From the NCBI RefSeq assembly GCF_006345805.1, contig NC_043011.1:37832464-37896463 (forward strand): a stretch of 64,000 nt of DNA. The letters run 5' to 3'. The position numbers and the translations under genes are program-made. Positions 49,831 to 63,995 of this stretch are shown piece after piece. The notes under the pieces were generated by a model, which saw only the letters and a program-made list of their open reading frames with translations, was not told the origin of the DNA and did not search any database. This DNA is from Octopus sinensis (lineage: Eukaryota). Each line of letters begins with the position of its first letter. Positions within the stretch are counted from its first letter, which is position 1.

Positions 49831-51874
49831 GTATGTATTGTTGTATGTCAGGATGGTCATTTTGGGCAATCGTTTTTGCAAAATGAATAGTCATTATATA
49901 CTCCTTCTTCACTCGTTTATTACAGTTCTTATTCTAACACATGTCCATTGTCTGGATACATAAAATGTCGTCAAATTTAACTGGAACACTTTACAAAGCT
50001 TTGGCATTTGACGTATACCTCTGTTCTAAATCGTCTCGGTGTTTTCTTCTCGTTGTTTAACGTTATAACCTGAAGACAGGAAACAGTTTTCTCTTAGAAA
50101 ATGGTCTTCAACACGCAGACTTTTCTTTTGTATTTTGTCGTTATATTGTATGTCCTTTGCTCCCTCGGTCCTCTTTGTGTCACTAATAAAACTCTTAGGC
50201 TAATTGCAGTTATTGTTGCTGTTTACATAGTTACTATTGTGCTTGGCTTTACTTTTGTGATGATTTCTTTTTTTTGGTGGTGTTTTTGTAGTTGACGGAC
50301 TATTGGAATGTTCTTCCTGAAGCGTTAGCAAGCAAATTTTTCGGATTTTATTAATTATATGAATGATCGTCTCTCTACACTTCCACACTTTGGAGACAAC
50401 GCTCTGTGCAAAGTGCTGAAATGTAGGGTGTCGCACTGAAGCAGCACCTGTGTTTCACGGGATGTTTATAAGAAGTTAGAAGCAAGTCCGTGTAGGTGTT
50501 TTTTAATGCTCTGATGGAGCTTTGCAGGCATACATTTCGGGAGTTAAACTAAAATCTAGGACATCCTCTCGTCCAGACATTACTAACTGACTTTGATGTT
50601 ATGTGTGTTATTAAGTTTAGCATAAAAGCTCGTTTATGAAAATGAACCAAAAAATCCTTGTTAATATAATATAAAACATCACAGAAGAATGGTTGATTAA
50701 GGCAGGTTACAGTTATCTTCTTATTCCTTCTTTAGTGTGTGCGAGAGGGTCTTCCACCTTGTACATTACCAATTCACTGAAGCCATTTGCATGCAGGACA
50801 ACTCCAAATATGAAGCGGTCCTTTTAACCATACTTTTTTTTAGGACAGAACAATATCTGCTACAAGAGATTATCATTATGGTGGCCGGAGACTGTGGAAT
50901 TTTATAATATCTACGCGCTGAACACTTGGTAGTTTATCTAGCTATGGAGTTTCCATGGTTTAGTCTCTTAACCAAAAGTAAACACATTATAAAACTTTTA
51001 TTTATGCAAGTACTCATGTCAACTGAAATCTCATTCAAACTTTATCATAACTCAAATCTTTATCAAAATATGACTTACCCATTCATATTTTGAAATGTCC
51101 CACTGCCCCTATTCGAAACAGGAACAATGCGGTTGTATTTACAGTGCGTTTGAGATGAGCTATGCCTTACGATCGGCTAAATATCACAGACATAAAAAAA
51201 TAACTCAACTTATTATGTATAGATTCCAACGTCCAAATACATAGAATATATTAGATGCTTTCCGTTACCCGCTGTGACTATACTAGAAATGGCAACCCAA
51301 TCTGCTTTCAATTGGATTCAATCGGGTTTCATCAAAAATCAATTTCATCTCGTTTCACCTGGAGCGAAACACAACCTGAATACTAAAATCGTAAATCAAC
51401 ACAAACAGCCTTTCATAAATAACCAATTGTCTGCCTCTTAAAGAACGTCCAAGTACATTTATGTTATCATTGATAAGTTCTAAGTGGTGTTTATAGAACC
51501 AAATTAAATATATTTTAAGTATAAAGAATTTGTTTTGTTCGCATGGCTTAAAAGGAACGATTTTACTGTATATATTTTCCATAAATTTAATTTATAAGTT
51601 TTTGATAGGTTTTCCTCATTTCCATTATATAATTACAGAGTAAACTACGGTTATTTCTTATTCATGTAGATATGAAAATTATTAAAAGTGCAAGTTTACA
51701 ACAAAATTTGTATTGAGAGAAGTGGTAAGTACTTTATCATTTATATGTGGATAATAACGTATATTTGTATATTACAATCCTGCAACAATGAACCATTTTA
51801 ACGTTTTTTATTGTTCCACTCTATCAATATACGTATGTACCTGTGTTTTTTTTTATTTACATATCTACCTACTG

Positions 51875-52404
<530 letters not shown>

Positions 52405-52512
52405 CATAATTTTGTTTCTACATCAGGTTTGTTATTCACACGTACACAAGCATATATATATGTGTATATATAGATATATGTACGTATGTATATAAATCCA
52501 TATTCTTGCATT

Positions 52513-52543
<31 letters not shown>

Positions 52544-53819
52544 ATGTATGTGTGTATGTATGTATGCATGTATGTATGTATGTATGTATGTATTTATAGG
52601 TATATATGTATTTATGTATGTGTGTCTGTGTGTTTGTGTTCTATATCGGTGGTTACAACCATGTTTCCATAAATACAGCACCCGGAGCTCTTATTTCGTG
52701 ATAACATAGCACTTCCAGCAAACACATTTTGAATGTTTTCCTTTTGTTCCGTTCTTTTAAGGTTTCAAAATTTATCTTGTGTAAACTCCCCATGTTGTTT
52801 ACGCCTTTATTCAACCACTATCTTTTTCAATGATTTACTATTAATATGAAGATTATGCCTTTGTTCCAATATTGTTTTATACAAGTTTACATTTAAATGT
52901 TGCTGCTTTTGGGTGTTTATACATTTATACATATATATACATATATAAGTATGCATACGTATATATATACATATGTAATTCCATACATATGTGTGTATGT
53001 GTTTGTGTGTATTTGTGTATGTGTGCGTGTATGTGTGTGCATGCAGTAATGATGAAGTGCGCTGGAATTTGACAAACATTGCACAGATACAAAGTCAGAA
53101 GATGTATATACAACTTACAATTCGGTATGAATACTTGGGACAATTTCTTCCAGTCAACTGAATTTTATTCAAAGGAAGAATCTCAGAATCAGTTCTTTGA
53201 AGTTACATTATGGAAAATTACTAAGACTGCCGTTTGGCAGCATCCTCAAAGCATCGGAATAATATCTATTGATAACTGTTTCGGCACTTTTGCCTTCTGA
53301 GTTCAAAATCCATAATTTCATATTTTGGCATTCATTTCTCTAGAGTTGTTTTATAAAATAACTTATCTGGCTTATAATAGGCAGACTCTTCTTGCTGCTC
53401 TCTTAAAATAATATACACAGCGCATTGAGAGAAATGTGGTAGACAACGGAAAATGTACCCTCCGTCCAAGTGATATGCAAATGAGGCTTTTACCTAGGAG
53501 GTAGTGACATTTCCCAGATGAAATATAATAGACAATTTGTCCAAACTTCCAGAACCTATTGGATATTGACAGACTGATATGCTATGAAGTACGGACCAGT
53601 TTTGAAAAATATAAACCAGTTCCAATAATTATATACATGTAATTAGGTTCTTTGAAGATGACCTCACTTTATATATTGGGCAGTAGGCAAGGTCCCCTGA
53701 CTACAGTCTATCTTAAAATAACTATATCAGATATAATATGAATGACAAATTTACACTGCGTGTGTATAATGAAATGTTCCCGGCTTCGAGTAAAAGAAAA
53801 TACAGGAGGATCAGTTAAT

Positions 53820-54080
53820 TATCCTTTTATTCAGTATATTCCTCTTTCAGATTCACACGACTATTGCAGCGGTCCTTCAGTTTTTCTAAGCCCTGATAAA
53901 GATTAAACACTTTACTTTCTACACACGAAGTTGTTTCTTGCGGCCTCTTTTAGTTTTGTTTGGATGTGGAGGGATTTTCTAATAAAATATTTAAAATGTC
54001 CGGTTAGACACAATTTCAGGAGGAAAATTTATCCCCATAAAAATTGCAAACTCGACTAATATCCATGATGTCTCTGACTG
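53820..54080 (-). mobile_element. Possible mariner transposase C-terminal remnant
   Basis: KLKDRCNSRVNLKEEYTE* resembles KL..RW.KCV.L.G.Y.E. Confidence 0.4.
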
Positions 54081-55699
54081 ATCCAACTACATCTAATTAT
54101 GTCACATAAGACATAATGATGTGCAGCTATTGAGTCTATATCAGTGTTTTCCACCACTATTTACACAACCATCGGAATGAGAAGCACCTCACACGAGCGC
54201 AACCTCGTGACACACGGTTGTGATATATAAACAGTTTTTAATAGGAAACAAAAGAAGTATAAACATACAATGCGCATGTGCACAGTCAATTCATAAAACG
54301 GAAGAGAAGAATAAAAGCGCAATGCACATGTCAAAGTAAAGCGGAAGAGGAAGTTATATCAATATGATGGTCTGCATGCTCCGTCTAACACCGCTATCAC
54401 GCAGATTGTGGCAATTTTAATTGTTTCAGCTATGGACTCCTTTATTCGCTATTTTGTTGTGGTACCTCCCTCTACATATGCATCCCACGTTTAAAAACTA
54501 GATTTATAGATACTTCCTACAAAATTCCTGTTATGTGTTTCGCACATTAACTTCTGTAGGTTGAACTACATATATATGCATTATATAAATAGAAAATATT
54601 TATTGTCTCCTTTCATTTGTTCTTCCCTCTCAGAACCTTACAGTAGTCTGGAACAACTGCAACTTAGTCAGTCAGTTGATGAACTCCACTACCTCAAATG
54701 TTCTTAAAATTTAAATCCACATCTTTGTCTATATATCTACCTTCTCAATAATGTTGCTACTCGATATGAACATTTTTCCATTAATGGAAAACCTCTATAA
54801 TTGGCTGACGAGTGCTCAGCATTTTAAAACTGTTGTAATACTTACAACATTTAATAAAATGATGTAGTACGAAACGATCGTACCAAATTACCGGAGTCAT
54901 TCTTGTTGCTTATTTTGAGTATATATATATATATATAGGAAAAAAGCAACAAGAATGGATTAAAATCTCGGTACAATCGTTTAGTAGGAGAACATCTTTA
55001 ATAAGCTACAAAAAATGCAGTGAATACAGATGGCTCGTACTCGTCAGCCGAAAAAACATCAGATAATTCCCAAACATCAAAAGGGGTAGATACAAAAGAG
55101 GGTGTAAGATTAACTGCATTGAAGAAAGTTCGATTCATGGAGATCCGATGAAAGGTTTTAAACTTACAGAATTTGTGCATGTCTACATATAGCTCATATT
55201 GAATTGCTAATCAAGTTGTGTGAAGAAATTTTCGGATACAGTCATGCAAAATTTCTGAAAATCCGAGTAAGAAGCAAAGTGACTGTCATATCGTGTAGAG
55301 GAAAGTCTGAGTAAAAAGCAAAGTGACTGTCATATCGTGTAGAGGAACAGATTGTTATTGAAATTTACAAGAATCGCAGATAAGTTCGATTCTTGGAGAT
55401 CCGATGAAAAGTCTTGAACTTACAGAATATGTGCATGTCCTTATAGTTCATAACCCAGTTTTGTGAAGAGATTTAGGGTACAATCATGCGAAAATATCAG
55501 GGAATCCGAATGAGAAGCAAAGTGACAGTCTTATACTGTAGAGGTGCAGGTTGTTGCTTTTTTCCTATTTGTAATCACCCCACTTGTCGTATGGTTAACA
55601 CCATATAGATTTCCGGTGCATCCTAGTTAAGGACCATATTCATGTGAATTCATTAGAATTCACTTGAATCTCAATTACTTAACCGAATATATATATATA

Positions 55700-56002
55700 T
55701 ATATATTAGAAATAATGAGGTAATCAGATCGGATGGTTCATATTTATAGATATTTATTTGTATATTACATTTTTTACATATATATCTATCATATCATTCA
55801 GATCATATCATTCGGATTATTAGTGCTTTCTCCCAATCCAGTGGGGTTTTCAAAACCCCACTGGATTGGGAGAAAGCGCTAATAATCCGAATGATATGAT
55901 CTGAATGATATGATAGATATATATGTAAAAAATGTAATATACAAATAAATATCTATAAATATGAACCATCCGATCTGATTATCTCATTTTTTCTAATATA
56001 TA
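55700..56002. repeat. 303-bp near-perfect palindrome (151-bp arms, 1-nt centre at 55851)
   Basis: ...ccagtggggtttt-c-aaaaccccactgg...; 3 mismatches found by eye (two would be G:U in the + transcript); left arm starts in (TA)n. Confidence 0.95.
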
Positions 56003-56027
56003 ATACCTGTACATCATCTCCAAACCT

Positions 56028-56068
<41 letters not shown>

Positions 56069-57486
56069 TATATTATATACGGCTTGTACAACAATACAAT
56101 AAAGACCTTTTTTACGAGAAATAACGGATTACTTGAATCCATATATTGTGATTTAAATGTGTGTGTGTGTGTTCTGTAGAACAAACGATCTCAACTCCGC
56201 CCCTAGTTTATCCATATAAACTTTGACGACATACTTCTAGCCGTCGGAAATCTGTGGTCATATTTCTTGAATTGACTTTTAAAACCATAATACCTTTCCC
56301 TATAATAATAACAATCGTATACGGAAATTATTGCGTTTATAAAACGTATCCCTTTCTTCATTTTCTTCTTTCTTTCCTTGTCTTTCTTCAATTCCTCCTA
56401 CGCCTCAACTGTAACCAAACCAACTCTTGCATTCTTCATACCTCAGTCTTCTCTTTATCTTTCGTTTGTTCACTAGATTTACTTTATTGAATTTTTTTAT
56501 TTTTCTCCAATGTTTCTTTCACTAATAACTTTTCTTTTTGGTTTAAGTCACGATTGTGTTGTAGCTGACTTAGAAATTCCGGGCGACAGTGTAATACCAT
56601 TAAGGTGATCTTGGCCTGATGATTAGCTACATAGAGTAGTGGTCATTGCATAACAATTGCAGCATAAGTTTCAGTTAGTTAAGAAACCTATGTTGCGTAC
56701 ATTTTACCTGTGCTCCTCTCTCAACTTGGATTCTTATTCAAAATTTTAGCAGATTTCGTTGCTAACATAGTTATATAGAAACTATCAGCTTATCGAATTT
56801 CTTCGCAACTTCGATATGGGGGAGAACTCGATGCCAATTAATTTTTATTGATCTTATCGTATACTGTCCAATTTTGTTCTCTACGCCAGCCAGTTGCTAC
56901 TTAGAAATGTCTTGCACACCCGGGTGTCCGAATTGTAATTAAGCACTCACACACACAAACACCCCCTCTCTCTCACACACACATATGTATACCTAGATAG
57001 ATAACCATATGTATGTATACTTATGTATATATATGTATGTTAATATCAAATTGCAAAGAAAGTAAACAAAATAGTCTGATTTAGAAGCGTTGAGAACGAT
57101 TTTTAAAGATACATATAAGAAAAATATTTATTCTTCAACGCAGAGTAATGCTAACAAAATAACAAGAACATGACAAACTACCCATATTTTGCAGAAAAAA
57201 TTGCCCGCTGACACATTTTTCCTTGTACATTAATATTTATATATAAAGTGTAAAGATTTTTCACTCAATTTCTTAATTTTTGTATTTCATATAAATATTA
57301 AGCACTGATATTAATTAGATATTAGCAAACCAATTAATTGGTAATATCTGAATAGCCATCATTCGAATCAACTTCTGTTATTTGTCTACCAATTTTATAT
57401 TTCATTATTTCTTCTTCTTCTTCTTCTTCTTGGGCTGTTCATGAATAGAGTCTGCTTCAAATAATAGCACAAATCTTTATGCATAC

Positions 57487-57519
57487 CTGCTGCTCCCAAT
57501 ATGAACATCATAGAAATTT
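57487..57519 (-). other. Candidate 33-nt exon of an unidentified host gene
   Basis: Minus strand ttttttcttttattttgtacag|AAATTTCTATGATGTTCATATTGGGAGCAGCAG|gtatgc; length divisible by 3; two of three phases open. Confidence 0.4.
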
Positions 57520-57905
57520 CTGTACAAAATAAAAGAAAAAACGTTGTTTCGCTCTTAAACAATAAATTGAATTACTTGTTACAATGAAATTCATACGAGA
57601 AATGTTATTCTACTTGGAAGTTCATGGGTTAAAAAGCGAAACTTAATTTTTCCAACTAAGAAGCACATCGGTTAAAAAAATTCTTTACCAAAGAATACCG
57701 TATTCTATATGCCTTTCGCTAGATGTGTTATACTTTTATTTGTATTCCTCAGAGGCAGTCTATCAAACATATATTGTAATTTGTCCCTTGCTAACCACAG
57801 GGAACCTACTGTATTCGAATGAGTTTCCTAAACAATATATGGGTATATCTCTCTATGTATCAGTCAATGTGTGTCTCTCTCCTTCTCTCAACCTATCTAT
57901 CTATG

Positions 57906-57946
<41 letters not shown>

Positions 57947-57967
57947 CTGTATATATCTATCTATATA

Positions 57968-58027
<60 letters not shown>

Positions 58028-58192
58028 ATGTATATATATATATGCATATATGTATATGTATGTATATATGTACATATATAAATATATAAATAAATGCATA
58101 CCTACATAGAGAGATACATACATACATGTATGTATGTATGTGTGTGTGTATCTATGTATGTATGTATTTATTTATGTATGTTTGAATGTATA

Positions 58193-58750
58193 TATTTGGT
58201 TGGCAAGAAAATAATTTCGATCTTTGCAAGTAGAGTTACGAATTTTTGAATGATTATTGTGAATGTTATGAGAATTTCCTTTTGACATTTGATAGCCGTT
58301 ACTTTTAGCTTACTTTAGAAGGAAATTTCGTGTAATTTTGTTTACAACTGTTAGTTCAGTGACAAATGTGGTGGAAAATGAGCATTTTCGCCATATTTTG
58401 CTTTTAATTATTTCCGTAAAAGCAGAAACCTGCTGAGGCTTACAAAGAGATATGGGAAGTTTATGGTGTTGATTGCTTAACAGAATGCACATGTCAAACT
58501 TGGTTTTAAAAATTGTGTTCTGGAGATTTTTCACACACAGATGAGCAGCGTTCTAGTCGACCTACTGAAGTTGAGGGTGACCAAATCAAAGACATTACTG
58601 AGTCTGATTGTCATATAACTGACTAAGAGATTGCGAGCGTGGTTAAATGTATCACGCACAATTCAAAATCACTTAAAATGTCTTGGACTCGTTAAAAAGT
58701 TTAATATTTGGGTTTCCACATAAATTGAAAGAGCATCACTTAATACAGCC
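58193..58750 (+). mobile_element. Mariner 5' half (left TIR plus transposase HTH region), decayed
   Basis: ta-tatttggttggcaag TIR-like start; ENEHFRHIL...AEAYKEIWEVYGVDCLTECTCQTWF...DEQRSSRPTEVE..QIK...QNHLKCLG..KK..IW.PHKL. Confidence 0.85.
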
Positions 58751-59547
58751 ATACATACATACACACGTAACATATATACACGCTTACATAACATACAATC
58801 ACATATACGTATAACTATATCATCACCCTGTAGATGACCTACTTACGTAATATACCAGCTAATATCCCAAACTACAATTCATTTAAAGACTACTTCTCTT
58901 CATATGAGATACTCAAAAAATGTCAAACTCTACCACTGCTGGCTTAATTTCATTCATTTTTTTTTATCCCATAATAACACGACTCTTTAAACATTTTCGA
59001 AACGAACTCCAGAACTCTAAAGAAGCAAGCAGAATTTTATAGCTCTGATTGTAGATCAGAAGAAAACTACATCCAATAAACTGAGTCGGCACGTTAAACA
59101 GTTCAAATGTTTATAGCATGCTTGGTGCATGATAATATTAATATTGCATAACGATCGTAACCTTTTGCTGAAGTTGTACCAAAGAATGATGTAATCCTAT
59201 CAATGCAATAAAGTTATTAAATATATATTCTTCTGTATACTCAAATGCTTAGTAAATATTTCTGCATGGTTTGCTATTTTCCATAGGTTCGTGATATCTA
59301 TGTAATTACAAAGAAGCATTACCTAGAGGGAAGCTTTTTAAGCATTATAAAGTAGTATAGAATATTAAGCTATATAATATTTACAACTTACTGACATTTG
59401 ATAACCGCAATATTGCTAAATATCGTTGTTGTAATCATAAGCGTTATCATCATCACCACCATCATCATCATCTCTATAATTATTATTATTATTATAATTA
59501 TTAATATTTAGCGATATGAAACGTTCCCGCCCCGATGTTATAGGAAC

Positions 59548-59711
59548 AGGAGAGGCTGTGTGGTAAGTAGCTTGCTTACCAACCACAGGATTCCGGGTTC
59601 AGTCCCACTGCGTGGTATTTTGGGCAAGTGTCTTCTACTATAGCCTCAGGCCGACCAAAGCCTTGTGAGTGAATTTCGTTGATGGAAGCTCAAAGAAGCT
59701 CATCGTATATA

Positions 59712-59755
<44 letters not shown>

Positions 59756-59955
59756 TGTGTCTGTATTTGTCCCCCCTAGCATTGCTTGACAACGGATGCT
59801 AGTGTGTTTATGATCCCGTTTACTAGCGGTTCGGCAAAAAAACGATAGAATAAGTACTGGACTTACAAAGAATAGGTCCTGGGGTCGATTTGCTCGACTA
59901 AAGGCGGTGCTCCAGCATGGCCGCGGTAAAATGACCGAAACAAGTAAAAGAGTAT
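59548..59955 (+). mobile_element. SINE family B, full copy
   Basis: aggagaggctgtgtggtaagtagcttgcttacc...ggttcagtccc...(TG)n...aaaatgaccgaaacaagtaaaag. Confidence 0.9.
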
Positions 59956-60559
59956 TAGTTTTTTGTTGTGAAAAGTAACTAACTAAAAAATCAATAATAC
60001 TATATGGCGTATATTCAATTAAGATCATGTCCTCAAATTGTTGGTAACATTGCAGTGATACTTGATACGTTGAGCTAGCTTTTGTATAACAATAATGCCA
60101 CATTGAAAATAAATGGGTACCATTTCTACTTGACTTCGCTTTAATTAATTTTCATAGTGACCACAGGCGCATACACACAGTCACGCGCGTTCGTCACACA
60201 CACACACACACATTATATTGATATTATATCCAAACTGAATTACATAGCCAAGACTTATTTTCAGTTACATATACACAAACAGCAGAACATAGAATAAATA
60301 TAAACTTGATACTCCCATATCACACGGTCAGGTACCAATGAGAAACATCAAAGAGTATTCAGTGCTGATGTTGTATTTGATATTGTTTCATTTTGTCTAC
60401 TTGTCTCTTGATGTTATACTGGTAATTTGATACTTGTCCAATCATTGTTTAATTGTTCTTCTTCATTTAACATATATAACTCGAAAGCATTAATTATTCT
60501 TTATTTTACAAATTTGATATTGAGTAATGAAAAAATTTCAATTACACCCGTTTTACGCT

Positions 60560-61440
60560 TCATGTGGCAAAAAAGGACTGAGAGCAAGGACTGATTGAGT
60601 TCAAGTGGAAGGGCAGAAAAATTAAATATGGAGAATGCTTAGTAAGAATCAACGAACCTGTGGCACAAAACCGCTCCAAACGTGAAACAACCAAGGTGAC
60701 GGAGGCCTGATGTTGTGGAAGATGAGGCCTTACTTGAAATGGCTGATCAAACAAGCTCCAGAACTCGTATATTGTCGGCAGAAAACGGTCCTTCACAAGG
60801 CACCGTAAATCGACACGTCCATGTGCTCGAACTTGTAAAGAGGCAGTCGGGAATTTCCGCATAAAGTAACTAAAGACAAGACTCAAAGACATGTAAAAAT
60901 CTTGAGACAGCTGCTGGCGATTCGTCAAGATGCAGGTATTTCGTGTCGAATTGAAACTAAACATGAAATGTGGATCCAAATTTGTAATCATAATGAGAAA
61001 AAAAAGGATATATTTTTCCGGTCTGAATTCAGTGTATGTTTTGCAATCAGTGGTGATTTAGACAAACATAAATGTTGTGATGCTGGAGGACTCTCGATGA
61101 GAGGTTACACTTTGAGCTTGTCCCCAGATGGTCAGGCTGTGATCGGTAACTATTATATGCAGCATTGCAGCGAGTATATGATTTGAAAGCCCAGTAACTG
61201 ATGCTGGTCAATCGAAGTCGCTTGCTCGTACAGTACGACAATGTCCCAGTGCATACTGTCAAAGTGACCAGAAATAATTTGAGAGGATGGAAGTGCTGTC
61301 ACAGCCTGACTACATTCCAGACCTTGTACCATTAGAGTGCCACCATTTCCGAACCATGGCTCAATTCCTGCACGGATGAAAGAGAAAATTGTAGCAGGGA
61401 CGATTTGCCTCTAAGCTAGTACTATTTTATAAATCTAGAA
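60560..61440 (+). mobile_element. Decayed mariner transposase
   Basis: RIETKHEMWI (cf. RIVTGDEKWI), QYDNVPVHTVKVT, EVLSQPDYIPDLVPLECHHFRTM (cf. EVLPHPPYSPDLAPSDYHLFRSM). Confidence 0.8.
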
Positions 61441-61983
61441 TTGACCTCCTGGCATAACTATTGCAACAAACAAGATAGTATCATGGGTTATATTTTGATG
61501 AATAAACGCTTTTCGTACGTACTCTTTTGAAATTGTTATTTAAAGCTTAAAATACCAAAAATCTCCACGTGTATATATGTACGGGGACATATACATATAC
61601 CTACGGAAATACAAACTCAGATACACACGCTCATGTACACTCACATACACAAGCAACCGCGCATACACGCTCCTGCATACATACATATATACGTACGTAT
61701 GTATGTATGTATGTATGTATGTATGTATGTATGTATGTATAAGTGTGTCTTTTGTGTAACGTTGTCCTCCCCTCGTTTTCCCCTCCTTCATTACTCATAA
61801 CTTTGTCACTGCAACCACCCAACACCCCCATTTTAGTGACCATGTCATCTTATCACATTACAATTTACAAGAGCGGCAACTTATCAAAGAAAATATTCAA
61901 AGACTTAACGAGAATTAAAAATTATTAAATACGCTTCAAAAAGAGTATTATTATTATTAATATTATAATTATTATCATTATTA

Positions 61984-62043
<60 letters not shown>

Positions 62044-62404
62044 CATCATGTATAAAGTCATCAACTATATTCATCGCCGATAAATAGCTGATAATCATTA
62101 CAATCACATAAGAACTGTGAATGAAGAGAAAATATCGTGTTTTTGAAGAGCAATCTGCTAAGATCTGCGGTATAATTTGCGACAAATTTAATAAACGTTA
62201 TCAGATGGCAGGCCTCTTTAAAGGCCATTCAAAATATTCAAATTAATTAACTAGTCCAGAAAATTTGTTATCAAGGATCATTTCAATTAGGAAATTATGA
62301 CTTCGTTAATTACACTTTATTTTATATCGTTTTTAATAATGTAGATTTATCTCTTAAAAAAACTGTTATCGAGTATTATCGCTATTTTTATAGTTATTCA
62401 GTTT

Positions 62405-62572
62405 GTTACTACCATTATTATTACTACTATTACCATAATTATTATTGTTGTTGTTGTTCTTCTTCTTCATATTATTATTATCATCACCATCGTCATCATT
62501 ATTATCATTATCATCACATGTGAGAGCAGCAACATTATTGATATTGTTATTGTTATTATTACTATTATATTA

Positions 62573-62624
<52 letters not shown>

Positions 62625-62657
62625 GTCGTAGTAGTAGTAGTAGTAGTGGTGGTGGTG

Positions 62658-62690
<33 letters not shown>

Positions 62691-62743
62691 CCAGTAGTAG
62701 TAGTAGTTGCAGTAGTAGTAGTATCATCATCATCATTATCAAG

Positions 62744-62799
<56 letters not shown>

Positions 62800-62835
62800 G
62801 ATTATGATTATTATTGTTTTTGTTATTATTATTAT
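62405..62835. repeat. Composite (ATT)/(ATC)/(AGT)/(GGT) microsatellite
   Basis: Direct reading. Confidence 0.95.
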
Positions 62836-63039
62836 GGGTGAGGATATCAATCGGTAAATAGTTGCGAAGCATGTAATAATTCATTACTTTTATTAAATTA
62901 AGTTTTCAGTATTATCGTGATCAAAGGTTTTTTTCTGGTGCATCAGGTGCAGTAACATGTCTCTGACGAATGCAGGCGTTGCCTTATATACCGAGTATTT
63001 GGCAATAGTTTCCATATTGCATATAATTACAAATATTCT

Positions 63040-63590
63040 TTTCTACTCTTGGAACAAGGCCCGAATTTTATGGGGTAGAGGTCAGTCAATTAGATCGACA
63101 CCAGTAGGCAATTGGTAGTTAATTTATCGACACGTAAATGATGAAAGCTAATGTCGAACTCGACGGAATTTTAACTCAGAACGTAACGGCAGACGAAATA
63201 CCGCGAAGCATTTCGGCCGGCGTTCTAACATTTCTTATTTCTTATTTCTGTAATGCCGACAAGTGGCTACACAGAGAGGGGACAAACAAGAGCAGACAAA
63301 CAGATTAAGTCCATTATATCGACCCCAGTGTGTAACTGGTACTTATTTAATTGACCATGATAGGATGAAAGGCAATGTCGACTTCGGCTGAATTTGAACT
63401 CAGAACGTAGCGGCAGGCGAAATACCTTATTTCTTTACTATCCACAAGGGGCTAAACACAGAGGCGACAAACAAGGACAGACAATCAGATTAAGTTGATT
63501 ACATCTACCCCAGTGCGTAACTGGTACTTAATCTATCGACCGTGAAAGGATGAAAGGCAAAGTCAACCTCGGCGGAATTTGAACTCATAT
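63040..63590 (-). mobile_element. SINE family A multimer (about three bodies, head missing)
   Basis: Repeated aatttgaactcagaacg / cacagagggggacaaacaag blocks; junctions near 63240 and 63425. Confidence 0.9.
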
Positions 63591-63639
63591 AATTACACAT
63601 ATTGTGAGGTTTTGTTGTTTCTGAAGTTATATCAGTTTT

Positions 63640-63995
63640 GTTGCGCCTTTCTTATTCTTTTATTCTTATATTCTTTTACTTCTTCCAGTCACTTCCTTGC
63701 GGCCATGCTGGAGCAACACCTTGAAGGGTTTTATTCGAACAGATCGACCCTAGCACGAATTTGTTTAAGCTTATTACTAATTCTATCGGTGTCTTTAGCC
63801 GAATCAGTTGTCAAACAGCGATGGGGAAGACAAACACACACACACACACACACACAAAGACTCACGCACATATATACGACAGGTTTGTTTCAGTCTCCCT
63901 CTACCAAATCGTCGGCTCGAGGCTATAGTAGGAGACACCTGCCCCAGGATTCACGCAGTGAACCTGAAACCTTGATCATGTGGTTGGGGAGCAAG
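63640..63995 (-). mobile_element. SINE family B, diverged
   Basis: cttttattcttttac...gcggccatgctggagca...gacaaacacaca...ttcagtctccctctaccaaatc...ggctatagtaggagacacctgcccc. Confidence 0.75.

Noticed and set aside
50055-50095. ctgaaga...gaaacagtt motif
   Set aside because: No stem II between the core halves; not foldable as a hammerhead.
54604-54710. Strong plus-strand 3' splice site at 54633 followed by a short open frame (EPYSSLEQLQLSQSVDELHYLKCS*)
   Set aside because: No recognisable protein, no partner exon, and no way to distinguish it from a chance acceptor.
55030-55089. MARTRQPKK..., resembling a histone H3/CENH3 N-terminus
   Set aside because: It stops after 19 codons and no histone fold follows; treated as coincidence.
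63040-63590. Regularly spaced repeats suggestive of a CRISPR-like array
   Set aside because: They are whole SINE bodies with no unique spacers, in a eukaryotic context.
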